Below are positions 38,485-53,186 of a stretch of DNA of 64,000 nt, one piece after another. The notes beneath the pieces were generated by a model that was not told where the DNA came from, ran no database searches, and saw only the letters and a program-made list of their open reading frames with translations. A program made the translations under genes and the position numbers. Position 1 is the stretch's first letter. Every line of letters starts with the position of its first letter. The stretch covers positions 8,432,001 through 8,496,000 of the forward strand of contig CATOCA020000001.1 of assembly GCA_951406725.2 (NCBI GenBank), in the 5' to 3' direction. This DNA comes from Octopus vulgaris (taxonomy: Eukaryota).

Positions 38485-40293
38485 AATAATAATGACCGTC
38501 CACTCGTGACCGAAGAAAACCATTGCCGACCTTCAGGAACATTGTGCGCTCTACGAGGACTAACTTATATTTTGCATTTGTGGCTCCGTTGGTGGCTAAT
38601 GAGCCCTGCTCTTGACAAGCATACACGACTGCAAACTTTGCAGACCAAACTTTCCCCATTCACTATACGAGCCGTGCGCTTTCGCGCAGCTCGCTTAAGT
38701 TCTTCATGCTGGATACGTGCTCTCTCAAAAGTGTCCTCCATCTGCTTCCTCCATCTGTGGCGATGACAGGTATTGCTCTCCCAGTCAGTGTCCTGCATAT
38801 CACAGGCCTTTAATGAGGACTTGACACAGTCCTTAAATCGCAGTCTTGGTTTCTGCCGGAGTCTCCTTCCATTCACAAGTTCTCCATAGAGCATCTGCTT
38901 AGGAATCCTTCTATCCTTCATTCGAATAAGGTGTCCAGTCCAACGCAACCGGTGCTTGTGCACCACCGCTTCAATACTCAAGATATCAGCTGTCCTCAGG
39001 ATCTGTGTGTCTGAAGCTTTTGAGGTCCAGCTAACATTGAGAATGTGTCTGAGACATCTCTGATGGAAACGTTCAAGGACCCTTACCTGACGCTTGTACA
39101 GAGTCCATATCTCACATGAGTAGAGAAGCGATGTCAGTACATAAGTACGGTACACAGCAACTTTTGTTCTCCTTGCGATGCCATGTTGGTACCAGACACG
39201 AGACTGAAGAGACTGGAAGGAATTAGTTGCTCTCTGCAACCTGAAAGATAGTTCCTCATCCAGGGAGCAAGAACGGCTGAATGTGCTGCCCAGATAGACT
39301 ACTTGTCTACTACCTTCAGAATTGTTCCTTCAACGAAGATAGCTGGTTCTATATATGGATTTCCTGGTGCAGGCTGGAACATTACAACAGTCTTGTCCAG
39401 GCTAATGCTGAGTCCAAATGCTCTGCAAGAAGCAGAAATGCAATTCATGATTATTTGCATGTCATCTACTGTATGAGTGACTAAGTCACAGTCATCTGCA
39501 TAAAGGAGGTCACGAATAATAGTCTGGAAAACCTTTGAATTGGCAGCAAATTGGCGAAAATTAAAGAGGCGGCCAGAAAATAGACATCTGACATATATTC
39601 CCAGAGAGCTAACTTTAGCAAAAGCATGAGTAAAAGTAGCAGCAAAGTACAAAGAAAAGAGAGTTGGGGCAAGGATGTCACCCTGCTTGACACCATTCTC
39701 TACAGGAATGGGTCCCACCATGGCACCACCAACATTGACCTAAGCCTCCATCTCATCATGAAATGATTTAATTATAGATACAAAGTGATCTGGACATCGA
39801 AGTTTGCCAAGTATTTTCCATAGAAAGGCCCTATTTACAGTATCTAAGGTCTTAGTTAAATCAATGAATACCTGGACAAGATCCATATTCTGCTCATAGC
39901 ACTTCTCCTGCATCTGTCTTGCTGTGAAAATCATATCCATTGTCCCTCTACCAGATCGGAAGCCACATTGAGATTCAGATAGGACATCATTTACGAGACA
40001 CCCATGCAGACGGGCAAGAAGAATATTTGCCAGAACCTTACCAGCAGCTGATAGTAGAGCAATACCTCTGTAGTTACCACACATTGTTCTGGCTCCTTTT
40101 CCTTTATATAGAGGAAGAATAATTGCATCCTTCCAGTCTTTAGGGATTGCACCATCCCTCCAGACTGCACTAATAAGTTCATGAAGGGACTGTGTGATGC
40201 AATTACCACCAAATCGCAAGACCTCAGCACAAATTCCATCCTTTCCAGGTGCCCTACCAAGATTCAATTTACTTATTGATGTCATTACTTCAT
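38485..40293 (-). pseudogene. 5'-truncated RTE/BovB-like LINE: reverse transcriptase plus C-terminal C2H2-type zinc finger
   Basis: APGKDGI, NYRGIALLS, QCGFRSGRGTMDMIF, GVKQGDILAPTLF, LLYADD, LRWTGHLIRM, CKVCSRVCLSRAGLISHQRSH; few in-frame stops; short (ATT) tail. Confidence 0.93.
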
Positions 40294-41347
40294 CTATATA
40301 CATATATATACAAGTATATATATATATGCAAACATACACATATCAATATATACATGTATATATATATATATATACACACACATACATATACATACATAGA
40401 TATATACATATATATATTTATATATATTTACATACATATATACGTGTATTTACCCACACACGCATATATCCACTAAATATGGCCAATAATATTCCAAAAC
40501 ACTACTGGGTTGAAAATGTAATCAGTTCACTGATAAACGCTTGGTACACTCACCAAAAAGATTGTGTAAAAGCTAATGTTTACAGTAAAATCGCTGACAA
40601 AATAACAAAACATTCAGAAGACGATACAAAAAACACGGACGAGTCATTCGAAGCCTTCAATCTTCAGTGAAGAACCGGATCATCCTCGCAATTTCGGCTG
40701 ATTAATCTTGAGATTGCTACAATCTGACCAGCCCCAAGGAAAAACTAAGTTAAGCGCATTAGATTCCTTGGAAAAAAGCTTCGAATGTATACGAAACAAG
40801 GACAGAAAACGGACGATGTTATACGAATATGAATACAAAAATAACACGAAATAACAATAATAATATATATATATGCGACAGGCTTCTTTTAGTTTCCATA
40901 TACCAAATCCACCAGGCTATAGTAAAGACAGTTGCACAAGGTACAGTGCAGTGGAACAGAAACCGGAACCATTTCGTCGGGAAGCAAATATTATACCACA
41001 GAGCCGCCTGCGCCTACACACAGATTGCAGCCACATCTTCCTCGAATTGTAGCATAGTGTTTAGAAGAGTCACGTGGTATAAGGTAGTTTTAAATGCAGT
41101 GAAATCGAAAAACAAAAAGTACGGGAAGATATGGTTGGTTGTGATCATCGGCGAGGTCGATCAGTACTTACCTAGGGTTAAATAATATCAAACCTATATA
41201 GCATTTTTCATCATCTCTCTTTTAAGCTGCCGTGTGTATGACATATGTGACTGGCATGTATGGTCTACACAAGTGCGGGAACTGATCTTTTTAGGTGCAC
41301 TCGAATTTTGATAAAGGTTTTAAAAATGCATTTAACTCTGTGAGTGA

Positions 41348-41422
<75 letters not shown>

Positions 41423-41762
41423 TGCAAAAATATTTCCTAACGACAAATATGATCGGATAAAGGCCCTTTCGCATGTTCAACAAGGCGATAATCAGAACAT
41501 GAAAATTCAGTCATCTCTATGTTCACAATGTACACACACACACACACACACAGGCAAACACACACATAAAGCTGAAGATATAAGTATAGACACACATACA
41601 TACATTATATATATGTATGCCCAAAATGCCACGCAGTCGGACTGAACCCGGAACTCTATGGGTGGTAAGCGAGCTACTGACCTCACAGCCAGTCCTACGC
41701 CTATATAAATATATATATATATATATACATACATATATATAGATATATACATACATATATAT

Positions 41763-41859
<97 letters not shown>

Positions 41860-41965
41860 TCATCATCATCATCGTTTAACGTCCGTTTTCCGCGCTAGCA
41901 CGGGTTGGACGGTTCGACCGGGGTCTGGGAAGCTAGGGGCTGCACCAGGCTCCAGTCTGATCTGG
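41860..41965 (-). mobile_element. RTE-type 3' end, broken by the duplication breakpoint
   Basis: Matches 34902-35005 up to ctgatctgg, then switches to SINE A sequence. Confidence 0.8.
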
Positions 41966-42091
41966 GTACGTAAACACACCAGCATCTGTTGTCAAGCAAT
42001 GCTAGGTGGACAAACACACACATAAAAATATATATATACCTATAAACGACAGGCTTCTTTCAGTTTCCGTCTACCAAATCCACTCACAAGG

Positions 42092-42125
<34 letters not shown>

Positions 42126-42545
42126 TCTTTTACTTGTTTCAGTCATTTGACTGCGGCCATGCTGGAGCACTGCCTTTAGTCGAGCAACTCGACCCCGGGA
42201 CTTATTCTTTTGTAAGCCCAGTACTTATTCTATCGGTCTCTTTTGCCGAACGGCTAAGTAACGAGACCGATTTCAATTCAGAACGCAAAAAAGCCCAACC
42301 GTAAGGAATACGGCAAGCCCTTATTCCCATCTTCCACAAGGACTTAATTAGCAATAGAGTAATAGTAGGTCTACCAAGATCCCTCTTTCTATCTGTCTGT
42401 CTATCTATCTGTCTATCTATCTATCTATCTATCTATCTGTCCGTGTGACTATATAGTTATGTATATACATGTGTAAATGTATATATGTATGTATGTATAT
42501 ATATATATATATATATGTATGTATAGATATATATGTGTATATGTA

Positions 42546-42595
<50 letters not shown>

Positions 42596-42704
42596 TTATA
42601 CATATATGTATGTTACACATAAACGTGTATATGTATATATATATTTATATATATATACATACATAATATATAAATAAACTATATATGAATATATGTATAA
42701 ACTA

Positions 42705-42756
<52 letters not shown>

Positions 42757-42924
42757 GCATGCATATGTATATATATATATTTACTATATATGTATATTAG
42801 TTATATATATATATTATGTATATTATGTATATATATATTATGTATATTATGTATATATATATATTATGTATACTATGTATATATATATGTTATGTATATT
42901 ATATATATATATATATATATATAT

Positions 42925-42964
<40 letters not shown>

Positions 42965-42970
42965 TTTATA

Positions 42971-43003
<33 letters not shown>

Positions 43004-43267
43004 TCATTTATATATATGTATGCTTGTACATGTGTGTGTGTGTAAAGTAGGGTCTCCTGTCCAAAATTCGGAATGAAACTATATCAGTGCAAGGAACTTG
43101 AAACAGCAGCAGAAGTTTTGCTAGCGCCCGGCAAAAGTTCTCCGCCTCGACGTATCTATTGTTGCATGTACGTATCCATAGATATATAAATGCGCATTTA
43201 TGTATGTATGTATGTACGTATATATATATATATATATATATGCATATATATATATATATATATATGT

Positions 43268-43658
43268 GGAGGCGCAATGGCCCAGTGGTTAGGGCAGCGG
43301 ACTCGCGGTCATAGGATCGCGGTTTCGATTCCCAGACCGGGCGTTCTGAGTGTTTATTGAGCGAAAACACCTAAAAGCTCCATGAGGCTCCTGCAGGGGA
43401 TGGTGGTGAACCCTGCTGTACTCTTTCACCACAACTTTCTCTCACTCTTTCTTCCTGTTTCTGTTGTACCTGTATTTCAAAGGGCCAGCCTTGTCACTCT
43501 CTGTGTCACGCTGAATCTCCCCGAGGACTACGTTAAGGGTACACGAGTCTGTGGAGTGCCCAGCCACTTGCACGTTAATTTCACGAGCAGGCTGTTCCGT
43601 TGATCGGATCAACCGGAACCCTCGTCGTCGTAACCAACGGAGTGCTTCCATTCCATCC

Positions 43659-43660
<2 letters not shown>
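43268..43660 (+). mobile_element. SINE family B, full length (duplicate of 22100-22493)
   Basis: A/B boxes; near-identical to the minus copy. Confidence 0.86.
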
Positions 43661-43701
<41 letters not shown>

Positions 43702-43857
43702 TATATGTATATGAAATGTGTGTGTATATACATATATATTATGTGTGTGTGTGTATATACATATATATTATGTGTGTATATATGTATATATATTCATATA
43801 TATATGTATACACATATTTAAGTATATCTGTATAATATCAGCGTGTATACATACAAG

Positions 43858-43895
<38 letters not shown>

Positions 43896-43918
43896 CTAAA
43901 TATGTGTATAATATCTGC

Positions 43919-43956
<38 letters not shown>

Positions 43957-44063
43957 CATCTAAATATGTGCATAATATCTGCTATATATATATATATACA
44001 CGTCTAAATATGTGTATAATATCTGCTATATATATATATACACATCTAAATATGAGTATAATA

Positions 44064-44107
<44 letters not shown>

Positions 44108-44239
44108 ACATATATGTCGGAATGTTAGCGTACAAGTTTGTGTGAATTAATTCACATACATATAATCAATTATAGTATGTATATTTATATATACGCATAA
44201 TTACGTATAAATAAACTTACACACTAGAGAAATATATTC

Positions 44240-44631
44240 ATTTGGCAAGAAGCTTGCTTCCCGACCACATGGTTCCAGGTTCAGTCCCACTGTGTGGCAC
44301 CTTGTCCAAGTGTCTTCTATTATACCTTCTACTATACCTTCCGCCCGACCGGGACCTTGTGAGTCGATTTGGTAGACGGAAATTGAAAGGAGCCCGTCAT
44401 ATATATGTATGTATGTTTGTATAAGTATATATATATACTTATAGGAGCAGGAGTGGCTGTGTGGTAAGTAGCTTGCTTACCAACCACATGGTTCCGGGTT
44501 CAGTCCCACTGCGGGGTACCTTGGGCAAGTGTCTTCTACTATAGCCTCGGGCTGACAAATGCCTTGTGAGTGGATTTGGTAGACGGAACCTGAAGGAAGC
44601 CCGTCATATATATGTATGTATGTTTGTATAA

Positions 44632-44675
<44 letters not shown>

Positions 44676-45069
44676 TTACAGGCGCAGGAGTGGCTGTGTG
44701 ATAAGTAGCTTGCTTACCAACCAAATGGTTCCGGGTTCAGTCCCACTGTGTGGCAACGTGGGCAAGTGTCTTCTACTATAGCACCGGGCCAACCATTTCC
44801 TTGTGAGTGGATTTGGTAGATGGAAACTGAAAGAAGCCCGTCGTATATATGTATATATATATATATATATATATGTGTTTGTGTTTGTCCCCTAGCATTG
44901 CTTGACAACCGATGCTGGTGTGTTTCTGTCCCCGACAATTAGCGGTTCGGCAAAAAAGACCGATAGAATAAGTACTAGGCTTACAATGAATAAGTCCCGG
45001 GGTTGAGTTGCTCGATTAAAGGCGGTGCTCCAGCATGGCCGCAGTCAAATGACTGAAACAAGTAAAAGA

Positions 45070-45070
<1 letters not shown>
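44240..45070 (+). mobile_element. SINE family A cluster (diverged head, head, full copy)
   Basis: Family A similarity. Confidence 0.85.
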
Positions 45071-45125
<55 letters not shown>

Positions 45126-45266
45126 ATATATGTGTGAGTATGTATGTATATACATATATTTATATATCTATATATATATATGTGTGTATATTTATATATA
45201 TATATATATATATATTTATATTTATACATATATAATTGTATATATATATGTATATATATGAATATA

Positions 45267-45334
<68 letters not shown>

Positions 45335-45440
45335 GTGTGCTTGTGTGTACACAATCTACCATCGGTAGTGAAACACTGGGGTCATTGTAATTGACTAATC
45401 ATCCTTCCCCAAATTTCAGGCCTTCTGCCTTTAGTAGAAG

Positions 45441-46886
<1,446 letters not shown>

Positions 46887-49262
46887 GGCAGCGGTGTACT
46901 GCAACTGGCAGCAAAACGGGAGCATTTCCGGTTTTGTGAGCCGAGGAGCAGTAACACTGCTGAAGAAAGATCTAAACAAGGGAAATGTAATAGATAACTT
47001 TAGGCCCATCACTCTGCTTAATGCAGACTTGAAGATTTTGGCCAAGGTGTTAGCCAAGAGGTTGGTGCTTGTCATCGAAAAACTGGTTGACAAGGCGCAA
47101 ACGTGCACCGTGCCGGACCGGATCATCCATGACAACCTCCACCTGATGCGCTACATCATAGACAGGGTAGTTAACGAACCTGGCATGGGTGGGGCGCTGA
47201 TCAATCGAAAGCTTTCGATAGGGTAGACCATCGATACTTGGAGGCAGTCCTCAGAGCGGCTGGCTTCGGTCCCGTCTTCCGCGGCTGGATAGCCACTTTG
47301 TACAGAGGCATCCGTTCGGTAGTTCGCGTAAATGGACATCTATCGAGACCTTTCGACATCGCACGTTCGGTTCGTCAGGGATGCCCCCTCTCGTCGCTTC
47401 TATACGTATTGACTCTCGAGCCACTATTGCGGAAGCTGGCAACTCTGAGGGGCATCCCGTGAGAACTGGGATGCGGGACGAGCGTGTCTGCATACGCGGA
47501 CGACGTCACCGTCATAGTGTCTAGCCACGAGCACATCGAGCAGGTCGGCGAGACACTGAAAAACTACGAAGCAGTGACAGGAGCAAAAATCAACCGGGAA
47601 AAGTCAGTGGGCTTGCGACTAGGCACCTGGAGAAGCAAACCCATGCCGTCCACCAGCGCCTCCATTGTGGGACGCTGGACCGACGGTCCGGTCGAGTTGC
47701 TCGGGGTCTGGTTCAGTCCGGACCTCCAAATGGAGAAGAACTGGAACGAGATAACGAGTAGGGTGGTCACTCTCGCCCAGCAATGGGCCGAGAGGAAACT
47801 GTCCCTAAAAGGTTGGGCGGAGGTGGCGAACATGTACATCGCGTCCATCATCTACTACCGCCTGACCGTCGTGCCTTGTTCCGACCCTACCGTCACCAAA
47901 CTAGAACGTATTCTCTTTCGCTTCTTGTGGAAAGGATGCATCCCGATGGTCAGACGATTCATTTGCTGCCAACTCCCGTTAAAAGGAGGGCTGGGCATGC
48001 CGTGGTTGATGATGCGCAGACATGCGCTGAGACTGCGACATCTCAGGCTCTTCGTAGACGACGGTGAACAGGTGTGGTCACCGTTTGTGAGGCACGCGTT
48101 CCCGCAGCTCGTCTCCATGACCGAAATGCAATCGTAGATCAAATACAGGCCGAGGAAGGGCGAATGGCACCACGAGTGTCGCGTTGCTCTCAAGCAACTC
48201 TGCCATCCTGGGTCAACCTTGAGTGACTCCATCACAACCAAAGCATTCTATAGGGGATTAGTGGAGGGGAGGTACGACGATGAGCTCGGGGCGAACCTGG
48301 ACGTCGACGAGGAATACCTGACCCGCCTGTTCGGGACTACTTTCGGGCCAGGGCCCATGGACAACTTCCAGAGATCCCTGGCCTGGCAGTGCTACCGAGA
48401 AGCGCTACCCGTTCGGGATAAGCTCTACAGACACGGCTCGAGAAACACGGGGCCGACCTGCCCGAGATGCGGTCAGAGCGACGAAACCGTTCTGCACGCA
48501 CTCGTGCAGTGTCCAACAATTTCCGACCTGTGGGCTTATGTCGAACAACTGCTGTTACGTGTGGGACGAGTTGGTTTATCAGCTGAGTCTATCGTCAATA
48601 TCGTCACGCCTCCTTCCTTCAAACGGGAAGGAAGAGCTATTTTCATCATCCTTGTGACTATGGCAAAAGAATGTATCTGGTGGACGCGTCTGAAAGGATT
48701 GGAGACAAACACTTTCCTCTCTGGTCAATCTCTCATCAACTTCTTCAAGTACCACTTGAAAAGGAAAGTGAGAGTAGAGAGGCAAGTTTTGTCTAGCGAA
48801 CGTTTTAAAAAAAGATGGGTGAATGTAGCAAGGATGGCACGTATGAATGACGAAGCCACCTTGAGCATAATCCTATGAACCCAGAAATTGAAAACAGAGG
48901 GTTACCCACTTGCAAACAAATGTGGTAACATATAACAATATTGACCAAGGTTACCTTGGTCTTTTTCGTAGGCTTTTCTTCCCACGATTAAACCTTACTT
49001 GCTTTCCCCTTTACACCGTACATCATGACACTGTGATACACGATCCCTATTGATCGTTTATGTTCCTCTTCCTCTTTTTCTTCTTTTTTCTTTTTTCTTT
49101 TCTTTTGTTTCTTTTCCCTTTTTATCTTTTTTTTCATTTCTCCCTTTTACGATCCCTTTTGATCGAAAACCTACGCCACTTTTTTTTCATCCCCCAAAAG
49201 AAAGGCTCTGCTTTGTAATTTGTCCCATCTGTGTGCAGCCCTGTGTGGCTAAGAAAGAAACT
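46887..49262 (+). pseudogene. 5'-truncated Tx1/L1-clade LINE ORF2 (RT plus CCHC zinc knuckle) and 3' UTR
   Basis: NFRPITLLNADLKILAKVLAKRL, SVRQGCPLS, AYADDVT, GGLGMP, CPRCGQSDETVLHALVQC; one frameshift near 47205, stops at ~47460 and ~48135; followed by (TATC)n. Confidence 0.94.
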
Positions 49263-49299
49263 TATCTATCTATCTATCTACCTATCTACCTACCTATTA

Positions 49300-49340
<41 letters not shown>

Positions 49341-49451
49341 CCTATCTATAGATGTCAATCTCTCTCCGTCTCAGTCACTCTCTCTCACCCCCCTCTCTCT
49401 CTCTCTCTTTTCTCCCGTATTATATATATATCGCTATATAACTCCGGCTTA

Positions 49452-49682
49452 ATTCTTTACTACCCACAAGGGGCTAAACATAGAGGGGACGAACAAGGAG
49501 AGACAAACGGATTAAGTTGATTACATCGACACCGGTGCGTAACTAGTACTTAATTTATCGACCCCGAAAGGATGAAAGGCAAAGTCGACCTCGGCGGAAT
49601 TTGAACTCAGAACGTAACGGCGGACGAAATGCCACAAAGCATTTGGTCCGGCGTGCTAACGTTTCTGCCAGCTCGCCGCCTT
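49452..49682 (-). mobile_element. SINE family C, full length
   Basis: Minus head ggcggcgagctggcagaaacgttagc...gagttcaaattcc; same body as 17668-17890. Confidence 0.85.
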
Positions 49683-49699
49683 CCTATTGATTCTCTTAA

Positions 49700-49728
49700 T
49701 TTATACTATGTTTTCCTCACATCCGCTT

Positions 49729-49770
<42 letters not shown>

Positions 49771-52201
49771 TACCCTCTCCCCCTCTCTCTCTCTCTCTAT
49801 TCCTCGCATCTACATCATATATTCGAGTTATCCCTCTTTCTCTCCTTTCTCTCACCATCTCGTTACACATTCATTTCAATCTCTCCACCTCCCTTGCTAC
49901 ATCACTTACCTTATCCTCTCCCTCACTTGCCGCAACTCTATGTCTCATACTGACCCCCTCTCTTTCTCTGTTACCCCCATGCATTAACCTATCACACCCC
50001 GCCCTCTCCCTTTTCCCACTCCCCCACCGCATTAGACATTACCCTTTCCCTCTTCCTTTAATTTTATTTCTCAGACGCTTCTGTCCTAATAAATTATATT
50101 TTCAGATTTGCCTTAAAATTGTTTTCTTGTTTACGTTGATTACTAACTAATTAATTATTTAATTAATTTAATGAAAATAGTTCAGTCATTGAAGGACAAT
50201 TTAAGAAACCTTTATTAAAAGAATTGTCTTATAGAGGACTTCACATCATGCTAGAAATAACTGTCAAGTGCTCAGAAATTTGTGTTCTTTTTCATAGAGA
50301 ACTGAAAGGTCTTAAAGAATCATAAATCTGCCCCCGTCAAAGTGGTCAGTATTGATGCTGAAAACACAAACCAAGGGACTTCAAATTCCCTTTGTTTATC
50401 CTTTGTTATGTATGTAAGTGAAGGATAACTTCAGAAAACTTTATGAAACAATCTGACCCCTATATTGTCTCGCATCATTCAAGAAAGACCAACGATGCTT
50501 CGTATTGTACTACAGGTGGTCCGGTATCTAGCTAGACATAATAGCTCATTGTATCATTTTCATGCACGACTGAAGGATACTTTAAAAAGCATCTGGAGAA
50601 ATATTGTCCATCTGGTGGTCTTACGTGATGCTAGAAATAACAGCCACGTACGCTAAAATTTTGTATTGTTTTCCTATAAGAAATAAGGACACTTAAAAAA
50701 CCCTCTACACACACACACACATATCCTTCGCTGTGCTTCTCCAATTCTTTCACTCCCTCTCTCAACCGATACACTCCCTCTCCCATCTTTGTCTCAGAGG
50801 AGACCCCCTCACTCTCTCTCTCTCTCTCTCTCCCTCTTTACCACCTCATATATCATAATATCCCTCTACTTCTTTTGCTTTCTCGCCCACGTCAATCCCT
50901 CCCCCCTCAATTTCCAAACCTCTCTCTCTCCCCCACCTCATTATATAATGCTCTATGACTACGCCTTCTTTGCTTTTATCTCTTACCTCATACTTTCCCT
51001 CTTTTGCTAAGCTTATATATCCCTCTTTACTCCCTTTCTATCTCTCTCTCTATCACTCTCTCCCTCTCTATCAGTCTCTCTCTCTATCTCTCTCTCTATC
51101 AGTCTCTCTCTCTCTCTCTGTCGCTTTGTCTGTCTCATTATTTGCCTCTCTCTTTCTCACTCTCTTTTCTTACTCTCTCTCTCTCTCTATCTTCCAACCC
51201 CTGTCACTGTCACTCACCCCCTCTCTCTCTCTCTTACCTCATTATATATTAACTCTCCGCCTATTTTCTCCTTGTCTCTCAACTCCTACTCTCCCTCTCT
51301 ATCAATTATGTTTTGTTCTAATCCTCTCTCTCTCTCTCTCCTTCTTACTCTCCATCTTTCTCCCTCTCATTCCGTCTCTCGCTTTTTCTCCCACTCACTC
51401 TCCCTCCTCCTCTCTTCAAAGAACGAAAGAATCACTTCGACTTTCTTTCTTTCTTTCTTTCTTTCTTTCCTTTCTTTCTTTCTTTCTTTTTTTCTTTCTT
51501 TCTTTCCTTTCCTTTCCTTTTTTCTTTCTTTCTTTCTTTCTTTCCTGCTTTCTTTCTTTCTTTCTTTTTTTCTTTCTTTCTTTCTTCTTGTTTCTTTATC
51601 TTTTTTAGCCTTTGTTTCTTTTTTTTTCCTTTACATATTTTTCTTTCCTTGTTTTCTTGTTCTTTCTTTCCTCTTTCGTTTTATTCTTCTTTCTTTCTCA
51701 CCTTTTCCTTTTCCTTCTTTTCATCTTTCTTTCGTTTTTTTCTCTTTTGTTTTTCTCTTTCCTTTTCTCTCTCTCTCTTTCTGTCTCTCTTTCTCTCTCT
51801 CTTTCTCTCTCTATTTCTTTCTATTTGTCTCTAGCCTTGTTTCCTTCTTTCATTCCTTCTTTCTCTCTTACTATCTTCTATTCTCTCTCTCTCTTTCTCT
51901 CTTTCTTTCTTTCTTTCTTTCTATTTGTCTCTAGCCTTGTTTCCTTCTTTCATTCATTCTTTCTCTCTTACTATCTTCTATTCTCTCTCTCTCTTTCTCT
52001 CTCTCTTTCTTTCTTTCTTTCTATTTGTCTCTAGCCTTGTTTCCTTCTTTCATTCATTCTTTCTCTCTTACTATCTTCTATTCTCTCCCTCTCTTTCTCT
52101 CTCTCTTTCCTTCTTTCTTTCTTTCTATTTGTCTCTAGCATTGTTTCCTTCTTTCATTCATTCTTTCTCTTTTACTATCTTCTATTCTCTCTCTCTCTCT
52201 T

Positions 52202-52236
<35 letters not shown>

Positions 52237-53150
52237 CTATTTGTCTCTAGCCTTGTTTCCTTCTTTCATTCATTCATTCTCTCTTACTAACTTCTATTCT
52301 CTGTCTCTCTCTTTCTCTCTTTCTCTCTCTCTCTCTCTCTTTCTTTCTCTCTCTCTTTCTTTCTTTCTATTTGTCTCTAGCCTTGTTTCCTTCTTTCATT
52401 CATTCTTTCTCTCTTACTATCTTCTATTCTCTCCCTCTCTTTCTCTCTCTCTTTCCTTCTTTCTTTCTTTCTATTTGTCTCTAGCATTGTTTCCTTCTTT
52501 CATTCATTCATTCTCTCTTACTATCTTCTATTCTCTCTCTCTCTCTTTCTCTCTTTCTCTCTTTCTCTCTTTCTCTCTCTCTTTCCTTCTTTCTTTCTTT
52601 CTATTTGTCTCTACCCTTGTTTCCTTCTTTCATTCATTCTTTCTCTCTTACTGTCTTCTATTCTCTCTCTCTCCTTCCCCTCTTTCTCTCTCTCTTTCTC
52701 ATCTCGTTCTTTATTACAGAATCACTTCACGTTTTTTTCTTTCTTTCCATCTTTCTTCCTCACTTTCTTGTTCTGTTTCTTCTTTCTTCCTTCATTTCAT
52801 TATTCCTTCCTTCCATCTTTTCTTTCTTTCTTTTCCCTCCAATCCTTCCCTTCTCTTCTTTCTCTCTTGATTTCCTTCTTTCTCGTTGTCTCTTCCTCCC
52901 TCTCTCCTTTCACTTTCTCTTTTGTCATCTCTGTAACCCCATCTCTCAATCCTCCCTGTCTCTCTCTCTCTCTCTCCTTCAAACCCATCTCTTTGTCTCC
53001 CTCTTCTTCTCTCTCTTTAACTCTGACCCTTCCTGTATCTGACTGTCTGTCTGTCTACCTGTGTGTCTCTCTCTCCTTTTCTTTGCTTCTCTCTCTCTCT
53101 CTCTCTCACTTCATTATTTATTACTCTACCATTCTGCCTCTCTTCCCATT
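49700..53150. repeat. CT-rich low-complexity region with interspersed tgctagaaataacagcc-type repeats (50200-50700)
   Basis: Composition; motif at ~50249 and ~50628. Confidence 0.75.
51821..52680. repeat. Minisatellite, 8 units of 100-130 bp
   Basis: ctatttgtctctagccttgtttccttctttcattc at 51821, 51921, 52021, 52126, 52237, 52367, 52471, 52601. Confidence 0.92.
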
Positions 53151-53186
53151 TACAAGTCTGAAACCTATTTAGGGGTAATTTGGGGT

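Larger units (their letters stand above)
41964..45364. repeat. Composite duplicated block: direct copy of 23504-23799 followed by inverted copy of 23481-20684
   Basis: Shared diagnostic variants (gggtacgtaaac, agcatctgttg, gctaggtggac, gagcactgcc, gaacggctaag) and shared unique sequence. Confidence 0.9.
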
